Positions 1-10,551 of a DNA stretch of 64,000 nt are shown here, piece after piece; position 1 is the first letter of the stretch; each line of letters begins with the position of its first letter. The DNA comes from a virus. Its lineage: Duplodnaviria > Caudoviricetes. The stretch covers positions 1 to 64,000 of IMG/VR virus record IMGVR_UViG_3300032335_001233. One strand, given 5' to 3'. The position numbers and the translations under genes are program-made. The notes below the pieces were generated by a model. It did not search any database. It worked only from the letters and a program-made list of their open reading frames with translations, and was not told where the DNA came from.

Positions 1-342
1 CGGGCTACCGTGTTTGGTTGCTTTGAGCTGTTTCAACATGGGCAACACAATGTGAGCCAAGGTATGATCCATGCTCCAAGTGTCCCAACGGTCAATCTTT
101 ACATACTCCACACGAGGATAAATCTTTTCACCAATCCACTGAATGGCCCGGCTGATGGGGGTGAGTCGATCACTCCACTTTTCTGTCCACTCCGGGCGCT
201 CAATGTATTTGCTTTCTTCTTCAAGGCTGCGAATACGATTGTCACGGGCGCACTTCGACCAGTCGGTCCACCAGAATGCATAATCCAGCATGGTGTATGG
301 AGAGATCCAGTGATCGCGATAGTTTGAGATGTATACTTTCAT
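1..342 (-). CDS. Phage hypothetical protein, runs off the window end
   Basis: Translated by hand, not in the ORF track: MKVYISNYRDHWISPY...KIDRWDTWSMDHTLAHIVLPMLKQLK. Its ATG overlaps the stop of 342..542. Confidence 0.8.
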   Translation of the reverse strand, partial: MKVYISNYRDHWISPYTMLDYAFWWTDWSKCARDNRIRSLEEESKYIERPEWTEKWSDRLTPISRAIQWIGEKIYPRVEYVKIDRWDTWSMDHTLAHIVLPMLKQLKATKHGSP

Positions 343-542
343 TACCAGTTACCTACGTCAGTTATGTCTTCTTGCCATTCACGTTCAATGTTAGCAGTGT
401 GGTACACTGCACAGTGACTGGCACCAATACCAGTTTCATTGGTTTGTTCTATTGTAACACTTTCAATATTATCGGTCAAGGCCAACAGCACAGCAAGACG
501 TTCAATTTGGTGTCGAGTCAAAGTGACTTTTTGGTAGCTCAT
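342..542 (-). CDS. Hypothetical protein
   Basis: 66 aa; start and stop overlap both neighbours. Confidence 0.7.
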   Translation of the reverse strand: MSYQKVTLTRHQIERLAVLLALTDNIESVTIEQTNETGIGASHCAVYHTANIEREWQEDITDVGNW

Positions 543-787
543 TCCACTGGTCGCATGCTACGACTGGAGTAATCCAAGAAGTCACCATGCGCGGTGCGAA
601 TCAAGGCAGCGTCCATGTCAGCAATCACAATGTCACAGTCATAGTTGATGACTTCGTAATCCACAAAGTCATGATTGGCATCATATTGACGAAAATAGAA
701 CCGGTCATCCATGCTCCGGATCAAACATCCACGCTCACCCAGAGCATCTTTTTCACTAATTATACTTCCACGATTTTCAGTTTCCAT
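539..787 (-). CDS. Hypothetical protein
   Basis: 82 aa in a tightly packed operon. Confidence 0.65.
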   Translation of the reverse strand: METENRGSIISEKDALGERGCLIRSMDDRFYFRQYDANHDFVDYEVINYDCDIVIADMDAALIRTAHGDFLDYSSRSMRPVE

Positions 788-1677
788 TCGCTGGCCTTTG
801 GTTCATAGTTGATATATCCACGTGGATTGCACACCACTCGTGTAGCACCAATCTGGTAATCAAAATCTTCATGTGTATGACCATGTGTCCACAGTCGAAT
901 CTGTGGGTGATTCTCAATAAACTCATCAAGGTTACTGCTGTAACCACCATTCATGATGGTGTCATGTGCATAACGCGGATGAGTACTGAGTCGACTGGGT
1001 GCATGATGGCCCACCACTACAAATTTTTGTTCGTGTCGGCCTTGAATCACACTCTCAATGTAGCCCTTGGTCTTGACATGTTCTTCAAATGCATTCTCGG
1101 GTGAAAAACGTCCGGGTTCTTGTTTTTTCTTCATGGCAATCTGTGTTTTGCGGCCTTGCTCGTCCTCAACATAATTGCCGTCGGCATCTTTCTCGTACAG
1201 GGGCACATTGCGATACACTGGTTGCAGACTGTTTTTTACGCACACAAAATCATTCATCATGGTGCGCATGTGATACAGTGTGAGTTGATCACCATTGTTC
1301 ATGTCAGTCCACAGTGTGCCGCCCACAAACACAACATCGTCAATGACTACACTATCACGTTCCAGGATGTGGAGATTTTTAAGATAGCCCAGCATGGCTC
1401 GCATGTGTGGCACTGTGGTGGCAAAGTCACCGTGATAGTGTTCGTGATTGCCCATGACATAGATCACATTTGGGAACTTGTCAGCACAGCGTTGAAAAAA
1501 ATCATGATAGCGATTGCTACGGTATTCCAGCCCCATGGTGAGATAGGGATCACGCTGAGTGATATCTGACGCCACACAGATGTCGCCGCTGAGAATCAAC
1601 ACGTCAGCCCCGTGATCATTTTGGATGTCTAGATCCCCAAATTCAAGATGTATGTCAGATGCTACTGCGATTTTCAT
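760..1677 (-). CDS. Calcineurin-like metallophosphoesterase
   Basis: Motifs SDIH, GDI, GNHE, HH and GHTH; start trimmed to MKIAVASDIHLE. Confidence 0.9.
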   Translation of the reverse strand: MKIAVASDIHLEFGDLDIQNDHGADVLILSGDICVASDITQRDPYLTMGLEYRSNRYHDFFQRCADKFPNVIYVMGNHEHYHGDFATTVPHMRAMLGYLKNLHILERDSVVIDDVVFVGGTLWTDMNNGDQLTLYHMRTMMNDFVCVKNSLQPVYRNVPLYEKDADGNYVEDEQGRKTQIAMKKKQEPGRFSPENAFEEHVKTKGYIESVIQGRHEQKFVVVGHHAPSRLSTHPRYAHDTIMNGGYSSNLDEFIENHPQIRLWTHGHTHEDFDYQIGATRVVCNPRGYINYEPKASEWKLKIVEV

Positions 1678-2029
1678 TTTTTGCTTTGAGTTGTGCTTTG
1701 AGTATGGCCACTGCTTCGCTGTCGCCACGATGTATGGCTGCATTTTTGTCAGGGTAACGGGCCTTGAAACGTTCTACAATTTCGTTCAAGTCACGACCTT
1801 GACACACAAAGTCATTGGTTATGCTATTGTAGCACAGATAGCCAGAATCTGCAACCTCCACAGTGAGTGGTACCAGTTGACCTGAGTCCAGTTCTTGCTG
1901 TATGACTTCGGCCTCGGTCAACTGGTAACTAGGGTCTCGATCATGAATTCGTGCTGTGAGTACACGGCCCAACAACCAGCCCAGGGCGGCGCCAATCACA
2001 ATATTCCAAAAAAGTGAGTTCCAGTCCAT
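1655..2029 (-). CDS. Hypothetical protein with N-terminal TM anchor
   Basis: Hydrophobic N-terminus; operon packing. Confidence 0.7.
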   Translation of the reverse strand: MDWNSLFWNIVIGAALGWLLGRVLTARIHDRDPSYQLTEAEVIQQELDSGQLVPLTVEVADSGYLCYNSITNDFVCQGRDLNEIVERFKARYPDKNAAIHRGDSEAVAILKAQLKAKNENRSSI

Positions 2030-2036
2030 GTGGTAT

Positions 2037-2342
2037 TTACTGCCTCAGTCTCATGCTTTCCATGGTGATCAGTTTGGCCAATTCCTCGTTGAAATTGTGC
2101 TCTTCGGGAATGACATACACGCGATTTTCATGTCGATCAGTGCGATGGTCATAGCGTTTGAAGGTCACAATTTTGCCACCAGTGGCTGCGGTAATGGCAA
2201 TGTTGAGGTTGTCCTGCCAGTCTTGATCTCTGGATACCACTAGCCTGCTGGCCTTGGTGACTTGGGGCACATCGGCCTCTTCCCTGGCGTTTTCCCAGGC
2301 CTCACGACACATGTTGGCAAACCAACGTTTGAACATTTTCAT
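2037..2342 (-). CDS. Hypothetical protein
   Basis: Start MKMFKR overlaps the upstream stop. Confidence 0.7.
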   Translation of the reverse strand: MKMFKRWFANMCREAWENAREEADVPQVTKASRLVVSRDQDWQDNLNIAITAATGGKIVTFKRYDHRTDRHENRVYVIPEEHNFNEELAKLITMESMRLRQ

Positions 2343-2791
2343 ACAGTTTTCCTTTGCTTCAAATACTGTTCCCATTGAACCCATACATTCTTGACCAAAA
2401 ATCCCCAGTCACGTTGCTTGGGGCCGGGCATGAATAAGGTCCAACAATCTACACCGGGATCCAGTTCAATTCTATGATAACTGGTGGCCCTGCTGATTCG
2501 AAAATGTCCAGGTTTGCGCCAATGTGCAAGCTCTCCAAGTTTTTCTCCCTTGTCACTGAACTGCGGAATCCATTCCCAGTAGCCACCTTTTAAAATCAGT
2601 GTGGCATAGGGCCACGGATGATCATGTACATCATCTGGGTCACTCTTGAGAAACTTGTGTAGAAACACGTTAAACGGAAACCGTTCACGATCTCGAAGAA
2701 ACACATAGTAGCGTTCCAGATAGGGTTCATCGCTGACTCGATCCAACACAATACGTTTTCGATCCCAGCGTTCCAAGAGCTTTAACAGCAT
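2339..2791 (-). CDS. Cupin-like protein
   Basis: HDHPW...GGYWE...YHRI cupin-type metal motifs; SD AGGAG. Confidence 0.7.
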   Translation of the reverse strand: MLLKLLERWDRKRIVLDRVSDEPYLERYYVFLRDRERFPFNVFLHKFLKSDPDDVHDHPWPYATLILKGGYWEWIPQFSDKGEKLGELAHWRKPGHFRISRATSYHRIELDPGVDCWTLFMPGPKQRDWGFLVKNVWVQWEQYLKQRKTV

Positions 2792-2811
2792 GTTTTCTCC
2801 TTGTTCGCGTA

Positions 2812-2840
2812 ATTGTACACAATCAAGATTTATAGGTCAA
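2812..2840 (-). promoter_or_regulatory. sigma70-type promoter
   Basis: TTGACC-17-TACAAT upstream of 2339..2791. Confidence 0.7.
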
Positions 2841-2843
2841 GAC

Positions 2844-2865
2844 AAAGCCCACCGAAGTGGGCTTG
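2844..2865 (-). terminator. Intrinsic terminator hairpin
   Basis: AAGCCCAC-TTCG-GTGGGCTT followed by a T-rich tail, after 2884..3150. Confidence 0.7.
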
Positions 2866-2883
2866 TGGACTAGCCGATTTGGA

Positions 2884-3150
2884 TTATACCAAACCCAGGG
2901 CCATGGCCTTGTAACCAGCAGCCACAATCTTGCGGCTGGGCTTGCCCATGACATACTCAGTCACTTGCACGCCATTACCGGCCTTGCGGCTGTTGGCGTA
3001 TACAGCATAGCCAGCTTGACGAATGCGGCTAACTTCAGCCGAAACATTCTTGATGCCGAAACGCTTGGCAGCGGCAGCTGGGCTAACGGCGTCGCCGTTG
3101 TAGAGGGCATTGAACAGACGGAAAGTCTTGGTGTCTTCATTGAAACGCAT
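2884..3150 (-). CDS. Small winged-HTH DNA-binding protein
   Basis: HTH-like AAAKRFGIKNVSAEVSRIRQAGY; SD AGGAG before MRFNE. Confidence 0.65.
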   Translation of the reverse strand: MRFNEDTKTFRLFNALYNGDAVSPAAAAKRFGIKNVSAEVSRIRQAGYAVYANSRKAGNGVQVTEYVMGKPSRKIVAAGYKAMALGLV

Positions 3151-3300
3151 AAAAGTATCTCCTATTAGATAAGATGCTGTTGCGTACAGCATAGATCTAT
3201 TGTATAATAGTTACTTGGTACAATGCAACAGTTTTTGAATAAATTTAACCAAAAACTCTTGTGTAATTCACCATTGTAACAAAATTTTAATATGCGCCGT

Positions 3301-3308
3301 TATAAATA
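3301..3308 (+). promoter_or_regulatory. T4-type late promoter
   Basis: Exact TATAAATA upstream of 3332..3763. Confidence 0.65.
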
Positions 3309-3331
3309 CACCGCACACTGGAGAGCGTAAC

Positions 3332-3763
3332 ATGTTGCAGATCATCACCACCATTACTCAAGACCTAGAACAACTCATTGTGGACGACCCAGTGCGTCCC
3401 GAAATTCCCGTTGACCGTAGAGTCAACGCCAACAGCCGTATCTACATGCTCAAGGACGGTGACCAAACTCAGGCAGTGACTTGCGTAAAGTTTCTCAACA
3501 CCATTCCAGCCGCAGTGGATGACTTGGTGGATGCAGTGGATTTGGCCACCACGGCTGTGTTCTACACCATTTGGAGCTATGCCTCAGGCGCAGGACGTAC
3601 CTTGATTCAAGAAGCTCAACGAAGTATCGAAGCTGAATTCCCCAACATTGAAACCTATGTCACGCTCAGCCCCAAGACCGAAATGGCACGTAAGTTTCAC
3701 CTCAAGAACGGTGCTGGTGTGTACCGGGAAAATCCCGATACTGTAAACTACATCTACAAGTGA
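3332..3763 (+). CDS. Phage hypothetical protein, possibly GNAT-like fold
   Basis: 143 aa; FYTIWSY..GAGRTL and LSPKT..A..FH; GGAG SD and late promoter. Confidence 0.7.
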   Translation: MLQIITTITQDLEQLIVDDPVRPEIPVDRRVNANSRIYMLKDGDQTQAVTCVKFLNTIPAAVDDLVDAVDLATTAVFYTIWSYASGAGRTLIQEAQRSIEAEFPNIETYVTLSPKTEMARKFHLKNGAGVYRENPDTVNYIYK

Positions 3764-3774
3764 TTTAAGTTTAA

Positions 3775-4377
3775 TTACTCGTTGGTGGATCTTGGCCCAT
3801 CATCAAGGTCAGTCTCTAGATCGTCTTCTTCCCACTCAGCCATGCATTCACTGATGCACCAAAAATCATCCAGCTCTTCGCCTACCATTTCACGCACAGT
3901 GTCTTTGTCAGCATCGCTGTATTCTCGATAGTCGTCTTCACCATTGGTGTAACGTCCACAAAATGCCATGCCAGGTTCATGATACCTGGCGTCAATTTCA
4001 AAACCCAGTTGTTCCAGATGTTGGTAAGCCTGTGTAGGAGGAGCCCAGGCCGAATCAAACGATGCTGTCACAGTGTTGGCATCTTGTAGCTCAACATTGG
4101 CATCAGTACCGCCTACATCCCATTTGGTGCCCCAGTGTGACGTCTGCCATTGATACCAGTCTGCGGCACCGTATTTTTCAATGTTGCGGGCCACTTGTGC
4201 GGCATGAGCATCGGCTTTGTCGTCTCCAGGAAAGCCCGACACAGTGTCGCGCAGTTCTTGCGGACATGGCAAAAATTCTTGCAGAAACTCTCCGCGTTGC
4301 AGTGCCTCAAACGCCCGTGTGACTTGGCCAGCGTCGGGATGACGGATTTCCACATAGTTGTTGCACCAATTAGGCAT
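3775..4377 (-). CDS. DUF1281/YubB ferredoxin-like domain protein
   Basis: MPNWCNN start, WY.W...WGTKWD, F.SAWAPP and EPGM.F.G motifs. Confidence 0.8.
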   Translation of the reverse strand: MPNWCNNYVEIRHPDAGQVTRAFEALQRGEFLQEFLPCPQELRDTVSGFPGDDKADAHAAQVARNIEKYGAADWYQWQTSHWGTKWDVGGTDANVELQDANTVTASFDSAWAPPTQAYQHLEQLGFEIDARYHEPGMAFCGRYTNGEDDYREYSDADKDTVREMVGEELDDFWCISECMAEWEEDDLETDLDDGPRSTNE

Positions 4378-4705
4378 GATTGTGTTCCTTGATGTGTCGG
4401 CAAGCGCCGCGAAATTGAAAACCTGGACAAGTGCAGGTGCCAGCGTCAGGATCGATCCAGTAGACAGCACCTTTGCTGCCTTCCACTCGAATCATACGGC
4501 TTTCAGTCTTGCGACCAAACAGCCCAATGTCTGCGGGCACAAATTTACGACCACGTCGGTCCAGCCGCAGTCCACTCTTGAACCATTCTGGTTCGCCTTG
4601 GCCCCATTTGATGTAGGCCAAGGCACGTTCGCCATCCATGAGATAGATGTGATTGGGTTGGCGGCTGATACCCTGCCACACTGTGACTTCACGAACGGCC
4701 TGCAT
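4370..4705 (-). CDS. SWIM zinc-finger protein
   Basis: GSKG..Y...CTCPGF.FRG.CRH. Confidence 0.8.
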   Translation of the reverse strand: MQAVREVTVWQGISRQPNHIYLMDGERALAYIKWGQGEPEWFKSGLRLDRRGRKFVPADIGLFGRKTESRMIRVEGSKGAVYWIDPDAGTCTCPGFQFRGACRHIKEHNHA

Positions 4706-4706
4706 A

Positions 4707-4991
4707 TTAGTCCCCTGAATCAATTTGGTAGCGATCGCCACAGTGCTCACACAGATACTCGGTCAGGCATCGACCCGCATTGCGGCTCATGTATCGGTGG
4801 GTGCAAGGCTGTCGGTCCTTGTTGAGTCGCACTTCGCCTGTGGGACGACCATACATGTACTGGCCGCCGCAGTTGTTGCAGGCCAGGGTGTCGGTGTCTT
4901 GGTCATAGCCAGCCATGACATGTTTGTACTGATGGTCACCGGCGGGCTGACGACCCGAACCGTTGCATACTGGACAGATTCCTTTTTGCAT
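4707..4991 (-). CDS. Cys-rich zinc-binding protein
   Basis: CPVCNGSG, CNNCGG and CEHC; SD AAGGAG. Confidence 0.7.
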   Translation of the reverse strand: MQKGICPVCNGSGRQPAGDHQYKHVMAGYDQDTDTLACNNCGGQYMYGRPTGEVRLNKDRQPCTHRYMSRNAGRCLTEYLCEHCGDRYQIDSGD

Positions 4992-5000
4992 GATATCTCC

Positions 5001-5258
5001 TTAGTCCATGAGATCAACTTGCACCGGCACCAGGCAGGCATTGTTGTCAGTGGTGCCTTCGAAGTACTGGTAGTTGAAGGCAAAGCCGGTGCCACCATTG
5101 GCATGCAGATTCATGAGAGCAATCTGCACTGCCATGCGATGTCGGCGAGTCATGATGTCGGAGGTACCACCCACAGTGGTGTAAAACCCCACACCGTCCA
5201 CAATCACACGAATTCGTTGGCTGTTGTTGAAACCAGCAATCAGTCGAGGTCTACGCAT
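5001..5258 (-). CDS. Hypothetical early protein
   Basis: Has its own promoter and the SD AAGGAGCCCAAATG. Confidence 0.75.
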   Translation of the reverse strand: MRRPRLIAGFNNSQRIRVIVDGVGFYTTVGGTSDIMTRRHRMAVQIALMNLHANGGTGFAFNYQYFEGTTDNNACLVPVQVDLMD

Positions 5259-5287
5259 TTGGGCTCCTTGTTGTTTACTATACCTAT

Positions 5288-5316
5288 ATTATACGAAATT
5301 GGCAAATTCTGGTCAA
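5288..5316 (-). promoter_or_regulatory. Early sigma70-type promoter
   Basis: TTGACC-17-TATAAT. Confidence 0.85.
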
Positions 5317-5540
5317 CCAAAATATCGCCATGCAAGCCCAGCTAGGCCTGTGGCCAGCATCACGCCGTTGGTCACAATCAAGCTGGCTTCGCGCCAGTGT
5401 ATGCTGACCCCCAGCCAAATTGCCCCGCCCAGGGCCAGAATTATCGGGCCCTCGGGGTAATACCCCAGGCTGTTCACAGCGGTTCCCACGATCAGGGTCG
5501 CTGTAGCCACCCACTTTGCATACCAATCAAGTTTTTTCAT
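5313..5540 (-). CDS. Small three-TM membrane protein (leaderless)
   Basis: MKKLDWYAKW...; hydrophobic; ATG 6 nt after TATAAT; stop lies in the -35 box of the next promoter. Confidence 0.75.
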   Translation of the reverse strand: MKKLDWYAKWVATATLIVGTAVNSLGYYPEGPIILALGGAIWLGVSIHWREASLIVTNGVMLATGLAGLAWRYFG

Positions 5541-5546
5541 ACTCGT

Positions 5547-5575
5547 ATTATAGCAAATCGCGGAATTCTGGTCAA
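5547..5575 (-). promoter_or_regulatory. Early sigma70-type promoter
   Basis: TTGACC-17-TATAAT with extended TG. Confidence 0.85.
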
Positions 5576-5676
5576 CCAGAAAAATTAGTACTTGAGTACT
5601 AATCTCAGTAGAAACCATGAGTTTTTGTGCACTGCAACACTGTCTCATGGTAAATACTGATACAAGGAGAAAATCT

Positions 5677-5847
5677 ATGTCACAACTAATGACACAATTA
5701 TTGGAGAGACTGGCCGAAATGTTTCCCAAGCAAAATTACCAAAGTCGCTTGGAACAGTATCTGAATTCAAAGCACGTACAAAGCGTCGCCGACGTTGAAC
5801 ACTGGACACGCCAGTACGAAAAAAACTCAGAATGGCGAGTAGTATAA
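5677..5847 (+). CDS. DUF3563-like small protein
   Basis: RLEQYL...SVADVEHWTRQYE pattern; AGGAG SD; TAAATA upstream. Confidence 0.6.
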   Translation: MSQLMTQLLERLAEMFPKQNYQSRLEQYLNSKHVQSVADVEHWTRQYEKNSEWRVV

Positions 5848-5969
5848 TGAAAAATCTATTGCAACACAGTTGGAATTTCTTTCAAGGATTCTTTGATGCC
5901 ATCATTGAAGCACGCCAAATGCAGGCAGAAGCCATGATCAAACGTGGTGGATTTCACGATTACTCGTAA
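5847..5969 (+). CDS. Small hypothetical protein (40 aa)
   Basis: MKNLLQHSWNFFQGFFDAIIEARQMQAEAMIKRGGFHDYS; TAATG overlap with the upstream stop. Confidence 0.55.
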   Translation: MKNLLQHSWNFFQGFFDAIIEARQMQAEAMIKRGGFHDYS

Positions 5970-6400
5970 ATCAAACCTAGACCTTGGGTTTGATGCATCC
6001 ATGTAAACGCTGGCAGTGATATTTCTAGGCGCCACACACCACGCCAGCCCAGATAGGTATGGTTGGTAAGCACTGGTGCTAGGTCGTGTCCTGCCAGACG
6101 TTGCTGAGTGGCCCAGGGCTCAGGATAGTCGGGTGTGTAATGTCCGGCCCATACAAAACGTGGGTCAGAGATACCAAATATTTCAATGCTGTCAATGTTG
6201 ACTGCGGTGTCAGCATCTAGGTCGTTTTTGTTCAGCAGCTCAATTTCCAAGATCACTGATTGCCGGGCCACAACATCAAACGCAAACACTGTGGCTTGAT
6301 CAATCTGTTGCAGCCGGCTTTGATCTCCCAGTTGCACTCTCACCTGCGGTTGTCCTTGTGGTTGCAACGCCACTTTTAGATGTACCCTGTAATCATTCAT
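5960..6400 (-). CDS. Hypothetical protein
   Basis: 146 aa; overlaps the end of the radical SAM gene. Confidence 0.7.
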   Translation of the reverse strand: MNDYRVHLKVALQPQGQPQVRVQLGDQSRLQQIDQATVFAFDVVARQSVILEIELLNKNDLDADTAVNIDSIEIFGISDPRFVWAGHYTPDYPEPWATQQRLAGHDLAPVLTNHTYLGWRGVWRLEISLPAFTWMHQTQGLGLIYE

Positions 6401-7679
6401 GATTCAGCAATTCAGGGTAAATTTCCGCAAACTGCATGGTGCCCACAGTGTCCCATTGAGCACAATGTTGAAACAGTTGTTGCAATAACTGACTTTGATT
6501 CACCGGCGCTGGTTGACTCAGTAGACCCAACGACAACTGAGCTTGCTCTTTGACACTGTGTTCAACAGCATTGGGATCACTAGTGTTGTAGTCTCCATTA
6601 ATGTCAACATTGCTCAACCGTGCAACCAAGTCTTGATAAGGTACACGATACTGCTCACGCACTGATTGAGGCAGCACTCGAACCTGCATGAATTCTGGTC
6701 GCATGCATACGTTGGCCTTGATGATCAGGCGCTGTTCAAGAGCCCAGTTCAACAAAGTATGATAGCTGCCCATGGTCAAGGCCTGTGGTGCCGAGCGCAG
6801 TGTCACAGTATGCGACTCACCATTGGCCCAGGCCTGATAACGAGCAATGTTTTGCAACACTTGTTGAGTGTCTGAGCCCTGGCGCACATAGTCATTGTGT
6901 GCAGTAACAGATTCAATGCTGATTTCGGCACCCACGCCACGAAACTGGCTCAAGCGGCTCATGACATCATCCCGCCAACGAGTACCATTGGTCACAAAAC
7001 TAATTCTGATGTCGGTGCGTTTGTGCTGAATCAACCAGTCCAAGAGTTCGGCAAATCTTGGTGTGAGCACAGTTTCGCCGCCCATGAAGTGCAAGTTTTC
7101 AAGATTGGGCAATTCCAGCAAGTCCTCAAGAAATTGATTCCAAGTGGTGCGGTCTCGAGTCCAATCTTGTCCCACAAACTTCTTGCTGTCAGTGTTGCCC
7201 CAGATCACTTGTTGCTGTGCAATGCGACTGCTGGCACCAGCATGACACATCTTGCAAGTAAGGTTACAGAAGTTGCCAAGATCAATATGCAGATCCACCG
7301 GCGTCTGACTGGTCACAGGCGTGAACCTCTCACGATGTGGACTCTGCTGCCAGCTGTGATCAAAGGCCTGACGAGTAAAGATCACACTTTTGAGATTGGC
7401 CCGCAATCGACGGCTGATGCCACCGGCAGCTTCTTCTTGATAGCATTTGGTACAGGCCGACAGCGGAGAATCGCCTAGAATTTGTTCACGAAACTGTTGT
7501 ACTGGTTGGCTGCGAGTCCACTCCAGCAAACCCATGTCACGTATGTTGTAACCAGTGTCTGTGTCAGGATACAGTTTGTGTCGTTCCTGACAGCACACAC
7601 CCAGGCTGCCGTCCCAATATACATGGGCTTCAAACCAGGGGGTGTTGCAGAAGATATGTTGGTCAGGCACGTCGGTCAA
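6393..7679 (-). CDS. Radical SAM protein with N-terminal twitch/SPASM-like domain
   Basis: CNLTCKMC (CxxxCxxC), GGE, TNG; N-terminal C..PW, CC and CxxC. Confidence 0.9.
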   Translation of the reverse strand: MTDVPDQHIFCNTPWFEAHVYWDGSLGVCCQERHKLYPDTDTGYNIRDMGLLEWTRSQPVQQFREQILGDSPLSACTKCYQEEAAGGISRRLRANLKSVIFTRQAFDHSWQQSPHRERFTPVTSQTPVDLHIDLGNFCNLTCKMCHAGASSRIAQQQVIWGNTDSKKFVGQDWTRDRTTWNQFLEDLLELPNLENLHFMGGETVLTPRFAELLDWLIQHKRTDIRISFVTNGTRWRDDVMSRLSQFRGVGAEISIESVTAHNDYVRQGSDTQQVLQNIARYQAWANGESHTVTLRSAPQALTMGSYHTLLNWALEQRLIIKANVCMRPEFMQVRVLPQSVREQYRVPYQDLVARLSNVDINGDYNTSDPNAVEHSVKEQAQLSLGLLSQPAPVNQSQLLQQLFQHCAQWDTVGTMQFAEIYPELLNHE

Positions 7680-8286
7680 TGATTTTGTCGGCTAAGCCCC
7701 ATTCCACTGCCTGCTCAGCACTCAAGAACGTGTCAAACTTCATGGTGTTGTAGAAGTCATCATAGGTCTTGCCAGCAGTGTTGTGACGCACATAAAGATC
7801 AGTCAGTCGCTGGTTGATGCGTTTGCTTTCTTCAAACATGCGTCGAGCATCTTCAAATTCCAACTCTTGCACATGAACTGATCCTGATGTGCCCGGGGTT
7901 CCCGAGCTTACTCTATGTATCATGGTACGACTTTCGGGCAAAACAAAACGCTTGCCAGCATGGCCGGCCTGTGCCAAAAATGATCCCATGCTGGCAGCTT
8001 GGCCTATCACAATGGTCTGCACATCACACTTGATGAACTGCATGGTGTCGTAAATGGCCAGTCCAGCAGTGACTGACCCGCCAGGCGAATTGATGTAAAG
8101 AGAAATGTCTTTGTCTGGGTTCTCGCTTTCCAAAAACAGCATTTGAGCCACAACAAGACTGGCCACATGCTGAGTGACCTCACCGTCCAGCATGATCACT
8201 CGATCTCGCAGCAATCGGCTGTAGATATCATAACTGCGCTCGCCACGACTGGTATGTTCGATCACAATGGGTACTAGATTAGACAT
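7663..8286 (-). CDS. clpP: ATP-dependent Clp protease proteolytic subunit
   Basis: [23 protein letters not shown] (Ser), MIH (His), DTFLSAEQA (Asp). Confidence 0.95.
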   Translation of the reverse strand: MSNLVPIVIEHTSRGERSYDIYSRLLRDRVIMLDGEVTQHVASLVVAQMLFLESENPDKDISLYINSPGGSVTAGLAIYDTMQFIKCDVQTIVIGQAASMGSFLAQAGHAGKRFVLPESRTMIHRVSSGTPGTSGSVHVQELEFEDARRMFEESKRINQRLTDLYVRHNTAGKTYDDFYNTMKFDTFLSAEQAVEWGLADKIIDRRA

Positions 8287-8337
8287 GGGGTCTCCTTGAT
8301 GAAAGCATAAGTATAGCATAACTTTTGGAAAAAACCA

Positions 8338-9924
8338 ATGCGCGACTTGCTCAACTTAATGGATAGCATACTGCTAGAAAAAAGCCGGGGACTCTTGTAC
8401 CGCGAAAAAGGTGACAACTTTTTTCAAGGCAGCAAAGACAACCCCACAGCTGAATTGAATTTTGACAAAGCTGAATACTTCCCGGGACAACCCGGCGCCT
8501 ATGCCAACTACGACGAAATGGCCACTGTGGGTACAGAGCTTGGTCAACAGTACCCCGCAATCACCTGGGTCAACAAGCCCAACAAGGGCATGAAGGCCTT
8601 TGCCATACTCACATTTGATGGGCCGCAGCCTGGACAAAAAAGCTATTTTGGCAAGTTTTTTAACGAAATCAAGTCTGACATGGCTGGCCTCTGGAAAAAC
8701 AACGAGTTGCCTGGCGGTTGGCAACTCAACAAAGCTGTGAGTCTCAAGGGATCATACTACAAACTCAAACCAGTTGATCTTTTTCCTGTAAACAGTACAT
8801 TCGACTCGCCTAGCGACACCGTGGCAGCTTTGGGCACAAGACCTGGAACTACACCCGATCAACTGGCCAATATTGATAAAATTCGTCCTGGTATGCAAGA
8901 ACTGCTTACTGGCAAGTTTCCCATGTTTGCCAACGTGGGAGACATGATGACTGCGGTACGCGATGACCTTGGCGAAACCATTGGGCCCATTGCCTTGATT
9001 CAAGGCATGATTCGCGGCGGTGGTGTGGAAGCTGCCAGAAAAGACATCCTGGGCGATCGCGGCAGCTATGCTGGCAGTGCCATCAACTTTCCTGCGGCCA
9101 AAAACAATGGCCTGGTAGACAGTTACCTCTTGCACCCGACGGGAGTGGAGATTGGTATCTCCAGCAAAGGCGAACAAGGTGCGTCGGCATCGGTCAAGAA
9201 CATTTCTGACGGTGTGGTTCGTGCTCGAGAAAAAGACATGACCAAGTTGTTGAAGCAATATGAAGATCAAATCAAAATCATTGACGAAGTAGGCACGTTG
9301 AGTTCATTGGACTTTCCTATTGTGTTTGGCGAACGCTTGGGCATGATCAGCGGCCAGACTGGCCAGGAAATCAAGGACATGATCAAAAGCAACAGTCAAA
9401 GTCGCAATCCTGAAATCTTGGACCTCATGGGCGACATCAATGCCAAGACTGACAATCCTAGATACAACCGAGGATATCATGCTTTGGCTGCCTTGGCTCG
9501 TAGAGTCAGCAAAGAAATCAACAAAGATCCCAGATTTGGCGAAGCTTGTTTAAAATTTCTCAATGTGTCACCCATTATACAGTTGCACCTGTCAGGCTCT
9601 GACAAAGGTGGTAATTTTCAAGTCACGGGGTTTACCAGCAAGTATCCACCAGACTTCCGGGGCACTGTGGGACTAGACGCCACCAAAGTGTATTCAGCCA
9701 CAGGCATCATTGGGCGTGTGAGTTTTAGCTACAACGGTGGCGGCAACACCGACACCAATGTGGACGCTGTGCCCACTGCTGAGTTAGATCCAGAGAAAGA
9801 AACTGAGAAATTAGACACTGTGGTCAATCAACCCAGTCGACTCACTGGTCCAGGTGCTAGAGCTGCCAAGTTTGATCGAGAACCCAAGAAGGATGCTGAG
9901 ACTCTGGGTCGTCAGCGTCGTTGA
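8338..9924 (+). CDS. Large hypothetical protein; candidate head-internal protein with possible nuclease-like motif
   Basis: 528 aa; N-terminal ...ILLE leader; FP..N.LVDS...ISSK; ends LGRQRR. Confidence 0.7.
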   Translation: MRDLLNLMDSILLEKSRGLLYREKGDNFFQGSKDNPTAELNFDKAEYFPGQPGAYANYDEMATVGTELGQQYPAITWVNKPNKGMKAFAILTFDGPQPGQKSYFGKFFNEIKSDMAGLWKNNELPGGWQLNKAVSLKGSYYKLKPVDLFPVNSTFDSPSDTVAALGTRPGTTPDQLANIDKIRPGMQELLTGKFPMFANVGDMMTAVRDDLGETIGPIALIQGMIRGGGVEAARKDILGDRGSYAGSAINFPAAKNNGLVDSYLLHPTGVEIGISSKGEQGASASVKNISDGVVRAREKDMTKLLKQYEDQIKIIDEVGTLSSLDFPIVFGERLGMISGQTGQEIKDMIKSNSQSRNPEILDLMGDINAKTDNPRYNRGYHALAALARRVSKEINKDPRFGEACLKFLNVSPIIQLHLSGSDKGGNFQVTGFTSKYPPDFRGTVGLDATKVYSATGIIGRVSFSYNGGGNTDTNVDAVPTAELDPEKETEKLDTVVNQPSRLTGPGARAAKFDREPKKDAETLGRQRR

Positions 9925-10509
9925 TTACTTTCTTGACACTTCGCTGATGTCATCGCACACGCCCAGGGCCAGGGCTTCTTCGGCGCTGAGCCACACATCA
10001 TGCGGTGGCAATAAATTTGCACGTATTTCGTCTGCGGATAGTCCAGTGCACTCTTCGTAAAGTCGCACCATGCGCTTGTGTGTGAGTTCAAATTCTTTCA
10101 TGGTGGCAAACAGTTCATGTGCTTTGCCATCTGAACCCCAAGAAAATTGATGACTAAGAATTGATGTGTTGGGTGTGAGCACTCGACGACCAGCACTGCC
10201 GGCCAAAAATATCATGAGTCCAGCCGAAGCAATGGTGCCTAGGCCCACAGTCTTGATGGGAATGCCACTGCTACGCATGACATCAATCAAAGCAAAGGCC
10301 GCGGCAACATCACCACCTTCACTACAGATCATGAGCAAGAGTTCTTTGCGACGTTTTTTGCTTACAAAATTTTCATGTAAAATCCACTCCACAATGGGTC
10401 GTATTGAGTCATGGTCTACATCGCCCATGAACACATACATGCCGGCATCTTGTAGAGCTTGAGTGTGAGATTTCTCGAGGGTTTCGTTTTCGTTGGCCAT
10501 GAGTCGCAT
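9925..10509 (-). CDS. clpP: Second, divergent ClpP-family protease
   Basis: ICSEGG, IASAG (Ser), LSHQ (His), DVWLSAEEA (Asp). Confidence 0.85.
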   Translation of the reverse strand: MRLMANENETLEKSHTQALQDAGMYVFMGDVDHDSIRPIVEWILHENFVSKKRRKELLLMICSEGGDVAAAFALIDVMRSSGIPIKTVGLGTIASAGLMIFLAGSAGRRVLTPNTSILSHQFSWGSDGKAHELFATMKEFELTHKRMVRLYEECTGLSADEIRANLLPPHDVWLSAEEALALGVCDDISEVSRK

Positions 10510-10551
10510 AGTTGGGGGAGTGGCCCGGGGGCCACTGTTATTTATACGCCG

